Shown here piece after piece: positions 9,141 to 19,224 of a stretch of 58,596 nucleotides of DNA. The DNA lies in the NCBI GenBank assembly GCA_017456495.1, contig JAFTJI010000028.1:1-58596 (forward strand). The letters run 5' to 3'. Position 1 is the first letter of the stretch, and every line of letters starts with the position of its first letter. Both the position numbers and the translations under genes were made by a program. The notes below the pieces were generated by a model, which did not search any database, was not told where the DNA came from, and saw nothing but the letters and a program-made list of their open reading frames with translations. This DNA comes from Lentisphaeria bacterium. GTDB lineage: Bacteria > Verrucomicrobiota > Lentisphaeria > Victivallales > UBA1829.

Positions 9141-10166
9141 TCAAAAAGTTGCTATCCAGGGGATAACTTTTTCCATGACCTCTTCCGGTGTGATCAGATC
9201 CATGCATGAGCCGCTTTCTTTCGGACAAATCCCTTTTCTGCATCCGGCACACGGAACTTCTTTCCGGATAAAGAGATGTCCTTTTCCCACCGGATGCCAC
9301 TTTTCTTCCGGAAGTTCATGAGCGGAATAAAGGATCGCACACCGGATTCCGGCTATCCCGGCAAGATGCGCACTTCCGGTGTCGTTTCCGATATAACAAA
9401 GGCATTTCCGGTAAAATGCAATCACTTCTCTCAACGTCTTACAATCGGTATCAGGCAGAAAAACACCCCCACATGAAGCGATCAGCTTTTCAGCGAACAC
9501 TCTATCAGAAGGACCTCCTGTATAGACAGGCAGAAAATCCATTTTTGTTTTCAGCAGTTTTATCAGCTCAACATAATTTTCCTGTTTCCAGAGACATGCC
9601 GGTTTTTTACCGCCGATTCCAAAAGCGATCATTGGAACATCAGAGCCGTCTTGAATTGCCTCAGCTGTTTTTTCTGCAGTCAGCACTTCAGCTTCTGTTA
9701 GAGGAAAATTGAAAATCTCTTCTGAAAAAGTCAGACCACAATCCTGCAATTGATTGATATACTCCTGATAGATCGGTCCTCCCGCGCTTTCCTGGTATTG
9801 CGAGAGCTCCTGCTTTTTGAATTGAAACAGTAGAGAACCAACTGCTATTGTCTTGGAATATTCATGATTGAATGCAAAGGAAAAGACCCGGTCAAAACGA
9901 TATTTGAGGAGAAGACGGAAAAATGGCAGATAGAAGCTCAATTTTTCGCGGAGATTCCGGGGCGGCGGCAACAAGTGAACTTCCGAAAAAAGATCATCAC
10001 CGGCAAAAAGTTCCGCATGGAGCGGGTAATTTGTGGTATAATGATTCATCAGAATCAGGTCGGCATCAGGATAATTCTTCCGGATCATACGGAATGCGGG
10101 ATATGTTACAAGAGTATCTCCCACGTGACCGAAATAATAGATTAAAATCTTCCTGCGCTTTTTCAT
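9141..10166 (-). CDS. Glycosyltransferase family 9 (heptosyltransferase-like)
   Basis: HVGDTLVTYPAFRMIRKNYPDADL N-terminus and C-terminal GNDTGSAHLAGIAG motif, both typical of GT9. Confidence 0.75.
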   Translation of the reverse strand: MKKRRKILIYYFGHVGDTLVTYPAFRMIRKNYPDADLILMNHYTTNYPLHAELFAGDDLFSEVHLLPPPRNLREKLSFYLPFFRLLLKYRFDRVFSFAFNHEYSKTIAVGSLLFQFKKQELSQYQESAGGPIYQEYINQLQDCGLTFSEEIFNFPLTEAEVLTAEKTAEAIQDGSDVPMIAFGIGGKKPACLWKQENYVELIKLLKTKMDFLPVYTGGPSDRVFAEKLIASCGGVFLPDTDCKTLREVIAFYRKCLCYIGNDTGSAHLAGIAGIRCAILYSAHELPEEKWHPVGKGHLFIRKEVPCAGCRKGICPKESGSCMDLITPEEVMEKVIPWIATF

Positions 10167-10599
10167 CCAAAGGTTCCGTAATTTTGTTTCAGAGTTCCAG
10201 CCTCTTTTTGTTCACGCGTAATATACTGCAAGTATTCTTAAAATCAAGCAGAACAAAAAAGATAAACTCGTGAAATATAAATGAGATCGTTGCAAAACCT
10301 ACATGCAGAACACACGTTTTAACGGAGTCTTTTATGATGATTTCCGGTGCAAGCAGCGTAAACCGGATGATCCGGGAAACATACGCATCGTCTTTCCGAT
10401 GTGACAGAAATAAGGAAAAGACAAAGCTGTTTCCGCAGTTTTGCAATGCCATAACCATAAATTTTTAACAGTCTTTTGTGTTTGAAAAACATTTTCCGAA
10501 ACGATGTTCTCTATAATGAAGGATTTGTAAGAGTATTTTCTTCTGTACGCCAAACACAGATATGAGACAATATTGATATTAATTGAGAATATATCAATA

Positions 10600-10628
10600 T
10601 TGACAAAAAAGTTGTTTTGTGTTATATT
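10600..10628 (+). promoter_or_regulatory. Sigma70-like promoter candidate (TTGACA-17-TATATT)
   Basis: TTGACA at 10600-10605, exact 17-nt spacer, TATATT at 10623-10628. It lies about 265 nt upstream of the first pseudopilin gene. Confidence 0.5.
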
Positions 10629-10892
10629 TAGTTTCAGAAGGGAGTTTCCGGTATTTCAATCTGCGCTTCGTGTAAATGTTTGAATATTTTTTTTATTTTC
10701 AACAAATTAAATGATCCGCAAAAAATAAAAGCAAATCTCCGGATGATAATAAAAAGCAGTTATCTGCTGAAAAGTATGCTGATTTTTATTATGTACACTC
10801 CCGGGTTCGTATTGCAATTATTTTGATAATTGCATGAATCAGAATCATTGCAAAAGATCGGAAGGACCTTAATTGTAGAAGGAGATAAAAAA

Positions 10893-11609
10893 ATGAGACT
10901 ATTACACAAAAGAAACAAATGCTTCACACTGATTGAACTTCTGGTCGTAATCGCAATCATCGCAATCCTTGCCGGAATGCTGCTGCCTGCGCTGAATAAT
11001 GCAAGAGCACACGCAAAGGCTTCCAGTTGTACTGCAAAGTTGAAACAGCTGGGAACTTATACGACCCTTTACAGCGATGATAATGCCGGCTTTATTATTC
11101 CTGCGTATGTGAAGAAGTGGGGATCAAATCACACTTGGGCAGTGGTTCTGAGAGGAGAGATGAAAATGGATTGGAAACTTCTCTGGTGTCCCGGAGATCC
11201 GCCGCCGGTCATGAGCCGTGAACATATTCCCAATGCCCTGATCAATATGAGTGATTATATCCGCTATTCATTGAATCAGAATGCTTCCCCGTTCAGCAAC
11301 GATGCCTCGTTTACTCCGACTCTCTGGAAAACCTCACACATCAAACAGCCTTCCAATTTTATTCATGCGATGGACCGGAAAAATACTCATGCGTTCTCCC
11401 CGAAACCGCGTATCGGCAAGCCGTTTTTTGACAAGAACAGTCTTGAACAAAATTCCAGTTTCCCTGTTCTGGGATGGCACGGCGGATCTGTTTCGTTCCT
11501 GCATTTCGACGGTCACACTTCCAGTACCAAACGCGTACCGATAGATCCCTCTGTTGATAAATGGCTGTGGTTCCGGACGGGAGACTCTGATGAACCGTAT
11601 GCAGATTGA
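10893..11609 (+). CDS. Prepilin-type N-terminal cleavage/methylation domain protein, H-X9-DG (DUF1559-like) pseudopilin
   Basis: [24 protein letters not shown] class III signal and C-terminal [14 protein letters not shown] (H-X9-DG). ATG at 10893 follows GGAGA. Confidence 0.9.
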   Translation: MRLLHKRNKCFTLIELLVVIAIIAILAGMLLPALNNARAHAKASSCTAKLKQLGTYTTLYSDDNAGFIIPAYVKKWGSNHTWAVVLRGEMKMDWKLLWCPGDPPPVMSREHIPNALINMSDYIRYSLNQNASPFSNDASFTPTLWKTSHIKQPSNFIHAMDRKNTHAFSPKPRIGKPFFDKNSLEQNSSFPVLGWHGGSVSFLHFDGHTSSTKRVPIDPSVDKWLWFRTGDSDEPYAD

Positions 11610-11658
11610 TTTCTGTTTGTAATATTTTTAAGCACGATAATAAGGAGTATTTCAGAGA

Positions 11659-12411
11659 ATGTCTGTTTTGCAACAAAAAATGAAACAATTACACAAAAGA
11701 AACAAATGCTTCACACTGATTGAACTTCTGGTCGTAATCGCGATCATCGCAATCCTTGCCGGAATGCTGCTGCCTGCGCTGAATAATGCCAGGGGACGGG
11801 CACGCGCTACTGATTGTATTTCGAGACTGAAACAGCTGGGGCTTTTCAATCAGACCTACAGTGATGATTCCGGAGATTGCATTATACCTTCCTATGTAAA
11901 AAAATGGCATGGAAATTATACATGGGCACGGGTTCTCAACCTTAACTATGGTGTCGAACGCAAGTTTTTTGTGTGTCCCGGCAATCCGCCGCCGTCTGGA
12001 AATTATGAAAATCCCGATCTGAAGAATATGAACTATATTATCCGGTACGGTTACAACAGGTACGCTTCACAGTATTGTGATTCCACCTCTGAAATTCCGA
12101 GATTCCATAAATTATCCAATATCAAAAATCCCTCGAGATTTGTACATGTTATGGATCGAAAAAACGCTTATGTATTCCGTGGGGTATCAGGTTATCCGTT
12201 TTTTGCAAATGTATCAGGGGGACCCGGTGAGGATTTGCGGAGCTGGCCTGTGGTTTCAGAAAACTGGCATGCAAGAAGTGCTTCTATGCTGCACATGGAT
12301 GGTCATGTGACAAATACAACGACACTTCCGATCAAAGCTGAAGATGATCCTTACATGTGGTATCGTACCGGAGACAGTTCTGAATCATACTCAGATACCA
12401 TAAGTGAATGA
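11659..12411 (+). CDS. Prepilin-type H-X9-DG pseudopilin (tandem paralog)
   Basis: Same [24 protein letters not shown] signal and C-terminal [14 protein letters not shown]. An alternative start at 11680 (MKQLHK) is possible. Confidence 0.9.
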   Translation: MSVLQQKMKQLHKRNKCFTLIELLVVIAIIAILAGMLLPALNNARGRARATDCISRLKQLGLFNQTYSDDSGDCIIPSYVKKWHGNYTWARVLNLNYGVERKFFVCPGNPPPSGNYENPDLKNMNYIIRYGYNRYASQYCDSTSEIPRFHKLSNIKNPSRFVHVMDRKNAYVFRGVSGYPFFANVSGGPGEDLRSWPVVSENWHARSASMLHMDGHVTNTTTLPIKAEDDPYMWYRTGDSSESYSDTISE

Positions 12412-12458
12412 TGCTGAAAATGTTACGATCTCGATTAAAAAAATATTAAGGAGTAAAA

Positions 12459-13475
12459 ATGTCTGCACTAGAACAGAAGATAGACCATTACATCAAAGAG
12501 GGCGTTTTTGACGGGGCGGTTATCCTTGCCGGAACAGAAAAAGAAGATCTGTTTTCCCATACGCAGGGGCTTTCCAACCGGAATACGAACCGTCCCATGA
12601 GTATGGACACTGTCTTTGATGTATCAAGTATTTCCAAGCCTATGGGGACAGCGACTTCGGTTCTGCTGTTAGCGGAACGCGGTCTGCTGGATCTGGACCG
12701 TCCGTTTACAGATTATCTTCCCGAATACAACGGAACGATGGTGAATCCGAACGTTAATTTCCGGATGCTTGCCAGTCATTATTCCGGGATCATTCCGGAT
12801 TATCCCCTGGGCGTTTCATCGGAAGAACTGATGTCCCGGATGATGAAATCTCCGTTTGTACACGAACCGAATACTTTGTTCCGTTACTGCTGTGTCAATT
12901 ACAATTTTATGAGTCTGATCGTTGAAAAAATCAGCGGTCAGCCGCTGGAAGTGTTCGCGGAAGAAAATATTTTCAAGCCCCTTGGCATGACAGATACCGC
13001 CTGGGCGACCCCGAAACCGGAACAGCGGGACCGTTTGGTGATCCATTGCCGTTGTGTCGACAGTGATCCGGCGGTGATTTTTGACCGCTGGGCGCGTGTT
13101 TTGCATCCTCATGCCATGGGAAATGCGGGGATTTTCACAACTGCACCGGACCTTGCAAAATACGCCAGAATGATCCTGCGGAAAGGAAAAGGATTTTTCC
13201 GGAGTGATATCGTTGAACGCGAAATGTTCCGGAATTTTGCTCCGGAGGGGATGAAACCCCGTTCGTTCGGATGGGATCTCACCCCGGAACTGCTGATCAA
13301 AAACTTCTCGGATCAGACCATTTACCACAGCGGTTCCAGCGGACAATCCATGTGGATCGACTGGGGTACCGGAAAATTCTGTATTGTTCTGACCAATCTG
13401 TTCGGGGAGCATGATGCAGGAATTGCCGCCCGCCTGGATATAGCAAATGAAATAACAGGAGAAATATGGAAATGA
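12459..13475 (+). CDS. Serine hydrolase of the beta-lactamase/transpeptidase-like family (PF00144-like)
   Basis: SxxK motif SISKPMGTA. Size and overall pattern resemble class C-like esterases. AAGGAG RBS. Confidence 0.7.
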   Translation: MSALEQKIDHYIKEGVFDGAVILAGTEKEDLFSHTQGLSNRNTNRPMSMDTVFDVSSISKPMGTATSVLLLAERGLLDLDRPFTDYLPEYNGTMVNPNVNFRMLASHYSGIIPDYPLGVSSEELMSRMMKSPFVHEPNTLFRYCCVNYNFMSLIVEKISGQPLEVFAEENIFKPLGMTDTAWATPKPEQRDRLVIHCRCVDSDPAVIFDRWARVLHPHAMGNAGIFTTAPDLAKYARMILRKGKGFFRSDIVEREMFRNFAPEGMKPRSFGWDLTPELLIKNFSDQTIYHSGSSGQSMWIDWGTGKFCIVLTNLFGEHDAGIAARLDIANEITGEIWK

Positions 13476-14335
13476 AACTGTTCGGATTCATTATCGGAGT
13501 TCTTTTCTTCCATTTGGTCTGCGCCGATCAAATTGCGGAAAGAACTGCATGGCTGAAAAAATTCAATGCAGCAAAAGATCCCCTTCCCATTCTGGAAGAA
13601 GGGATGAAATCTTCAGATGCGGAGATTCAGGCAAAAGCTGTTTTTGAGTATTTTCAAATCAAAAAAGATGCCGCGTATCCGGTACTTCTGCGTCTGGCAA
13701 ACAAGTCTTCGGACCAGCTCGCCAGAGTTCTGATCTGCTGCGCTGAAACTTTGAAGGATAAAAAGCAGAAAGCAGAATTGCTGAAAGCGATCGCTTACGG
13801 AACATACAGTTCCTCTGCTGCGGCAGAAGCAAACCGGAAGAATTTTTCCTTCCACAGAATCAATGTCCGCTTGCAGGATAGAAAAGATTGGGACTTCAAC
13901 ATTGAAAAAATCATGACTGTCCGGATTCCGGAAACGAACTGGAAATCTTTCCATGACAGAGATGCTTCGGGGCACATGAAAGGCTTTTTCAGTGTGGATT
14001 ATTCAGACAAACATTGGGTGAAAGCGGGTCCGAAGACTTTGAAATATCAGCCGCTTGTCTGGTACCGCATCAGATTTACAGCTCCGAAAAAACCTGTATG
14101 CAATGCAGCGGAACTCCACTTTGCAGGAGTTGAAGCAACGGCATGGGTCTGGTTGAATGGCATTTACATCGGTGCCAGAGATGAAGGGCAGTCTGCCTGG
14201 AACAAACCCTTTGCCCTTGATATTACCAACGAAATCCGTTGGGGAGAAGAAAATGTACTTGTTGTCAGAGTCAGTTCCACTGATGTTTCTGACAGCGGAA
14301 TTTATAAACCTGTAACTTTGGAGATTTTGAAATGA
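13466..14335 (+). CDS. Secreted protein with C-terminal GH2-type sugar-binding (galactose-binding-like) domain
   Basis: Signal peptide MKLFGFIIGVLFFHLVCA. The C-terminal VWYRIRF...AELHFAGVEATAWVWLNGIYIGARDEG...FALDITNEIRWGEENVLVVRV resembles the GH2 N-terminal beta-sandwich. The start overlaps the upstream stop. Confidence 0.5.
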   Translation: MEMKLFGFIIGVLFFHLVCADQIAERTAWLKKFNAAKDPLPILEEGMKSSDAEIQAKAVFEYFQIKKDAAYPVLLRLANKSSDQLARVLICCAETLKDKKQKAELLKAIAYGTYSSSAAAEANRKNFSFHRINVRLQDRKDWDFNIEKIMTVRIPETNWKSFHDRDASGHMKGFFSVDYSDKHWVKAGPKTLKYQPLVWYRIRFTAPKKPVCNAAELHFAGVEATAWVWLNGIYIGARDEGQSAWNKPFALDITNEIRWGEENVLVVRVSSTDVSDSGIYKPVTLEILK

Positions 14336-15012
14336 AAAAAACAACATTCTTTGCACTTTTCACCGCTTTGACCACCTCTGTTTTCGCACAGGAAATCGAA
14401 TGGGATTTTACCAAAGGAATCAAACCGAACGGCCCTTATGAATTTAAGCTTATCGCACCGGCAACTATTGAAGACGGCTATCTTTATGTGAATGATCCTC
14501 TCGACAGAAAATGCCCGGGATCAGTTTATTCAATGCAGAAATATGCAGACCTCACTCCGAAAGGGGCATTTTCCATGACATTTGTATTCACCATGGAAAA
14601 AGCAAGATCACCGCAGTATTACCAGATGCTTTGGGACAGCAAAGGTGATTACTACGATAAAAAAAGCGGTAAGCCGCTTGACAATTCCGGTTTTACAGTA
14701 GCGATCTACCGTCCGAAAAACGCAAAGGTCATGGGAATCAATATCTGGCTTGGAAATGGAAAAGAGACCTCGACCATCAAAACAAAGAGAGTCCCCTTTG
14801 AAATCGGGAAAAAATATACTCTGGTGTTCAATTATGATGGAAAGAGCAAATATTCCGTTACGCTGGATGGAAAAGTTCTCGGAGAAGGAACTGTGGCTCC
14901 CGGCGGTGCGATCGGTCAGGCTATCTACAAACCCACGATCGGGAACCGTTCTGTTGGAAGTTACTTCCCCTTTGACGGAAAGATCTACTCTGTCAAAATG
15001 GTCAAAAAATGA
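14332..15012 (+). CDS. Secreted LamG/concanavalin-like jelly-roll domain protein
   Basis: Signal peptide, stand-alone roughly 200-aa domain ending GNRSVGSYFPFDGKIYSVKM. Clear paralog of the N-terminus of the next gene. ATGA start/stop overlap. Confidence 0.55.
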   Translation: MKKTTFFALFTALTTSVFAQEIEWDFTKGIKPNGPYEFKLIAPATIEDGYLYVNDPLDRKCPGSVYSMQKYADLTPKGAFSMTFVFTMEKARSPQYYQMLWDSKGDYYDKKSGKPLDNSGFTVAIYRPKNAKVMGINIWLGNGKETSTIKTKRVPFEIGKKYTLVFNYDGKSKYSVTLDGKVLGEGTVAPGGAIGQAIYKPTIGNRSVGSYFPFDGKIYSVKMVKK

Positions 15013-15015
15013 GGT

Positions 15016-18000
15016 ATGACAGTGAATTTCAAAACTAAAATAACAGCTCTGCTTGGCGGACTTCTCTTATGGAGCGGTCTCCATGCAGATGTTTTGGAAT
15101 GGGATTTTTCCAAAGGGATCAATCCGCTGAACAACAAGATGCAGTTCAAAATTTCCGGAACGGCAGCAGAAATCAAAGATGGTTATCTGCGGCAGCCGGT
15201 CGTCAACCGGACAACTCCGGGCGGCATTTTTGCAGCTGAAAAATACCCTGAACTGACCCCGCAGGGTGCGTTCCGGATAGCCTTTGAAATCACGATGGAG
15301 CCGAAACGAAATCAGGACAGTTTTCTGTTTCTCTGGGATAACAAAGGGGATTACTATGGAGACAAGTCGGGGAAACCGCAGAAAAATTCCGGGTTCACCA
15401 TTGGAATGTACCGGGCTCCGAATGGAAAAGTGATCGTTCCCAAAGCTTGGCTCGGATTCGGAAAAGAGACCTTTGCCGTCAACGGGGTTTCCTTTGCAGT
15501 TGTGCCCGGTAAAAAATATCTCTTTGAATTTTACTACAACGGCAGCGGACTTGCGGCATTTTACATTGATGGTAAGCTGAACAGGGAAGTTGCAGTATTT
15601 CCCGGCGGACCTGTTGCGCCCGCACTGTATAAAACAGCGATCGGAAACCGCACTGTCGGAAATTATCTCGGCTTTGATGGAAAGATCCACTCTGTAAAAA
15701 TGACGACAGCGAAAGCAGAACATCTGGTTGTGCGAGCTGCCGGACGGAAAGTTTTCCAGCGCGGAGAAAAGAATGCTGTTCTCAAAGTTGAGGTACGGAA
15801 TGTCTCCCATCAGGAAACGGAAGGCTTGAAAGTCGGCGGGAAAAAGATTATTTCCGTTCCTGTCCGAACAAATCTTACAGCAGGAGATTATAAAGTTGAT
15901 TTTTCTTTCAACGGAAAAAAATATTCTCTGTCTTACACTGTAGCGCCTTTGATCCACGAAAAAATGCCCATTCTGATGTGGGGATTCGGTGATTCTTTTC
16001 ATATTCTCAGAAAAACCGGTTTTACGCATATGCTGAACAGCTATGCCGGACCGCAGTTCTTCCGTCCGAAAGAAAATCACAAAGCAAGAATGCTTTCTGA
16101 ACTGGATGAGATGTACAAGTACGGCTTCTTTTTCAGCGACTATTTTACGTTGCCGCATTATCCGCAGGTCACCAAAAAATATCCCCGTCTGACCCGTGAC
16201 GGAAAGCCGTATCTCAAGGGAAGAAGGATGAATCTGGATGCCCAGAATCCGCAGGCACAGAAAGATATGCGGGAATGGGCGGAAAAATTTGCTTTGACGT
16301 ACGATGGACATCCTGCACTTCAGATGCTTGATATCTGTTCTGAGATCCGTGACTGGTCCACACCGTCATTTTCAAAATATGAGCGGGATGCATGCCGGAA
16401 AGCCACCGGAGCGGATATTCCTGCGAAGGTGAATGGACGCTCGATCCATTATCTGCAGATCCCCGGTCTCCCTGTCAGCAGGATCATTCCGGATAACAAT
16501 CCTTATCTGGTTTATTACCGCTGGTTCTGGTCAAACGGAGACGGCTGGAATCCGCTGTTCTCGATCATTGCAGACGGCTATCGGAAACATCTTCCGTCCA
16601 CATTCAAAAGCTACTTTGCGCCTGCGGTCCGTCAGCCGCCCTGCAGAGCAGTCGGCGGCAATGCTGATTTCCTCGGACAGTGGTCCTATTCCAATCCGGA
16701 GCCCATGCTGCTGGCAGCCACAGCGGATGAACTTCTTGCAACTGGAAACGGCAGACCTGTTATTCAGGGAACGCAGCTGATCCTTTACCGCAACGCGACG
16801 GCTCCGAAAAATGTGAAAGTCTCACCGGAACCGGCTTGGGTCGCAAAGGAAAAAGATGCAAATTACATCACGAACCCGCCGGATACACTGATCCAGTCTG
16901 TCTGGGCAACGCTCTCCAGACCGGTTCACGGAATGATTTTCCACGGTGACGGTTCTTTCTATCCGCCGCCGATCAAAGGAGCAAGCATTTACAGATGCAC
17001 CAATGACAAATCGGAACCTGCATTACGGAAACTGATTCAGGAAGTCATCCAGCCTCTGGGTCCGGCATTGCGGAATGTAAAAGGAAAGAAATCTGAAGTT
17101 GCGATCCTGCACAGTTTCACCTCTTCTGTTTTAGCGTTGCGCGGAAGTTACGGCTGGAGCGGCTGGCTGCCCGATCTGCATATTGCCCTTCAGACAGCAG
17201 GTCTTGATCCGTATGTGATTTTTGAAGAGGATATTCTGGAAGGAAAAATCGACCATGTCAAGATCATTTTCCTTTCCCATTGTGATGTTCTGACGGAGTC
17301 TCTTTACAAAAAGCTGATGGAATTTCAGGTTCGCGGCGGAATCATTATCGCCGATGAGTTTGCGCCTCCGGCAATATTGCCGAACCTCCGTTTCCATACG
17401 GTTGCGCGCGGCAGAGATGTTCTGCAGAATAAGAAAAATCTTGTGAAGCTTGGTGCCACGATCCGGAAACAGCTTGCGGGACATTATGTTCCCCGTTCTG
17501 AAACCAGCACCCCCGACCTGATCTCTCACCTCCGCGACGATTATCTGTTCGTAATCAACGACAAACGGATATTCGGAGATTATATCGGTCAGTGGAAACG
17601 GTTTGCGGAAAAAGCTCTCCCGAACAAAGGGACTGTAACGGTCAACCGGAAAGCCGGAGCTGTTTATGATCTGGTCAAACGCTGCGCTGTTCCGTTCAAA
17701 GTCGTCAACGGAAAAACCGTCATAGATGTTGCCTTTGACGGTGCCGGCGGTAAACTGTTCCTGCTGCTTGATTCTCCGCTCAAACCGTTCACACTGGTTG
17801 TGAAACCGAATGGTGAAGTGATTGCAAAAAGCGGAACCTCTGCAGTGATCCCGGTTCAGCTGATCGTGCGTGATCCCAACGGAAAAGAAACCGATGATAC
17901 TCATTACGGAGCAGCTGTAAACGGAGAGTTCCGTTATAAGATCAATATTCCCGAAAATGCTGCGAAAGGAAAGTGGTGTGTTGAACTGAAGAGTCTTCCC

Positions 18001-18039
18001 GATCAGAGCATTGTGAAAGGAGCGTTGATCGTAAAATGA
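15016..18039 (+). CDS. Large secreted protein: N-terminal LamG-like domain plus probable glycoside-hydrolase-like TIM barrel and GH42-trimerisation-like module
   Basis: Signal peptide. Residues about 25-225 align by eye with the 14332-15012 product. The central and C-terminal regions resemble GH42-type architecture only loosely (IIFLSHCDVL...GGIIIADEF). Confidence 0.45.
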   Translation: MTVNFKTKITALLGGLLLWSGLHADVLEWDFSKGINPLNNKMQFKISGTAAEIKDGYLRQPVVNRTTPGGIFAAEKYPELTPQGAFRIAFEITMEPKRNQDSFLFLWDNKGDYYGDKSGKPQKNSGFTIGMYRAPNGKVIVPKAWLGFGKETFAVNGVSFAVVPGKKYLFEFYYNGSGLAAFYIDGKLNREVAVFPGGPVAPALYKTAIGNRTVGNYLGFDGKIHSVKMTTAKAEHLVVRAAGRKVFQRGEKNAVLKVEVRNVSHQETEGLKVGGKKIISVPVRTNLTAGDYKVDFSFNGKKYSLSYTVAPLIHEKMPILMWGFGDSFHILRKTGFTHMLNSYAGPQFFRPKENHKARMLSELDEMYKYGFFFSDYFTLPHYPQVTKKYPRLTRDGKPYLKGRRMNLDAQNPQAQKDMREWAEKFALTYDGHPALQMLDICSEIRDWSTPSFSKYERDACRKATGADIPAKVNGRSIHYLQIPGLPVSRIIPDNNPYLVYYRWFWSNGDGWNPLFSIIADGYRKHLPSTFKSYFAPAVRQPPCRAVGGNADFLGQWSYSNPEPMLLAATADELLATGNGRPVIQGTQLILYRNATAPKNVKVSPEPAWVAKEKDANYITNPPDTLIQSVWATLSRPVHGMIFHGDGSFYPPPIKGASIYRCTNDKSEPALRKLIQEVIQPLGPALRNVKGKKSEVAILHSFTSSVLALRGSYGWSGWLPDLHIALQTAGLDPYVIFEEDILEGKIDHVKIIFLSHCDVLTESLYKKLMEFQVRGGIIIADEFAPPAILPNLRFHTVARGRDVLQNKKNLVKLGATIRKQLAGHYVPRSETSTPDLISHLRDDYLFVINDKRIFGDYIGQWKRFAEKALPNKGTVTVNRKAGAVYDLVKRCAVPFKVVNGKTVIDVAFDGAGGKLFLLLDSPLKPFTLVVKPNGEVIAKSGTSAVIPVQLIVRDPNGKETDDTHYGAAVNGEFRYKINIPENAAKGKWCVELKSLPDQSIVKGALIVK

Positions 18040-19208
18040 AAAACAGAGAGATGCAAACCGTCAAAACAGATGTTGTTGTTTGCGGAGGCGGAATTGCCGG
18101 TTGTGCTGCAGCGATCCAGGCTGCACGCAGCGGAGTAAAGACTATTCTTCTGGAAAAAACAGTTTTTCCCGGCGGGCTCGCCACCTCCGGACTGGTCTAT
18201 ATTTATCTGCCGATTTGCGACGGTTATGGAAATCAGATGGTTCATGGACTTGGAGAAGAGCTGCTTCACGCCTCCATCAAGTATGGGCCCGGTGATATTC
18301 CGGAGAATTGGCGTTCTCCGGAACCGAAGATGATGAACCAGAGATTTTTTACAAAATTTTCACCGCCAGCCTTTGTTCTGAGCTTGGATGAACTTCTGGA
18401 AGAAGCAGGCGTGGATGTCTGGTATGATACTCTTCTGTGCGATGCGGAAACGGATGAAGATTCCCGTGTCCGGGCAGTTGAAGTGGAGAACAAGAGCGGC
18501 AGGATCCGGATCGAAGCGCACTGTTTTGTTGATGCAACAGGCGATGCTGACCTTGCGGTCCGGTGCGGTGCAGAGATCATCGAATCAACCAACCTGCTTT
18601 CTATCTGGGCAATCGAATATGATAAGAATGCGCTCGAGGACTGGCATAAACTTGCGCCGGAACTGGGACGGATCGTGATCAATCAGAAAGATCCTCAGGC
18701 AGAAGAGCACCGGGGAATTTCCGGCGCAGGCGTCAGCCGTTTTATCCGGGAAACCCGCGGATTTGTCAGGGAACGTTATCAGACAGCATTGAAAAACGGC
18801 GCGAACAGAAATGATCTGTTCCCCGTGCTGCTGCCCTCCATGGCAGATTACCGGACGACCCGTTTTATCAAGGGAAAAATGACTCTTGACAGCAGTATGT
18901 CCAAAATGAGCTTTGAGGATTCCATCGGCATGATCGGCGATTGGACAAAGCCGGCTCCCACCGTGGAACTGCCTTACAGGATCCTGCTGCCGGAAAAAGT
19001 CCGCGGTCTGCTTGCTGCCGGACGGTGTATTTCTGTTCAGGGAGAATCTGTTGAACTGACCCGTGTGATTCCTGTTGCCGCAATGACAGGACAGGTTGCA
19101 GGTTATGCTGCAGCTCTTTCCCTGCAAAAAGGCTGTATGCCGGATGAATTGCCTGTGGAAGAGCTGCAAAACGAATTGAAACAGCAGGGCTTTATTCTGC
19201 ACAAATAA
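18036..19208 (+). CDS. FAD-dependent oxidoreductase (PF12831-like)
   Basis: VVVCGGGIAGCAAAIQAARSGVKTILLEK dinucleotide-binding motif followed by GGLATSG. ATGA overlap with the upstream gene. Confidence 0.8.
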   Translation: MKNREMQTVKTDVVVCGGGIAGCAAAIQAARSGVKTILLEKTVFPGGLATSGLVYIYLPICDGYGNQMVHGLGEELLHASIKYGPGDIPENWRSPEPKMMNQRFFTKFSPPAFVLSLDELLEEAGVDVWYDTLLCDAETDEDSRVRAVEVENKSGRIRIEAHCFVDATGDADLAVRCGAEIIESTNLLSIWAIEYDKNALEDWHKLAPELGRIVINQKDPQAEEHRGISGAGVSRFIRETRGFVRERYQTALKNGANRNDLFPVLLPSMADYRTTRFIKGKMTLDSSMSKMSFEDSIGMIGDWTKPAPTVELPYRILLPEKVRGLLAAGRCISVQGESVELTRVIPVAAMTGQVAGYAAALSLQKGCMPDELPVEELQNELKQQGFILHK

Positions 19209-19224
19209 GACGAGAGGAGTTTTT

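Noticed and set aside
12459-13475. Beta-lactamase-family and AAC(3)-family genes (also 21665-24124 and 50457-51896) as antibiotic resistance determinants.
   Set aside because: The context is glycan catabolism. The AAC(3) domains are fused to unrelated enzymes, and the PF00144-like protein resembles the broad esterase/serine-hydrolase group. There is no mobile resistance context, so calling them resistance genes would be unsupported.
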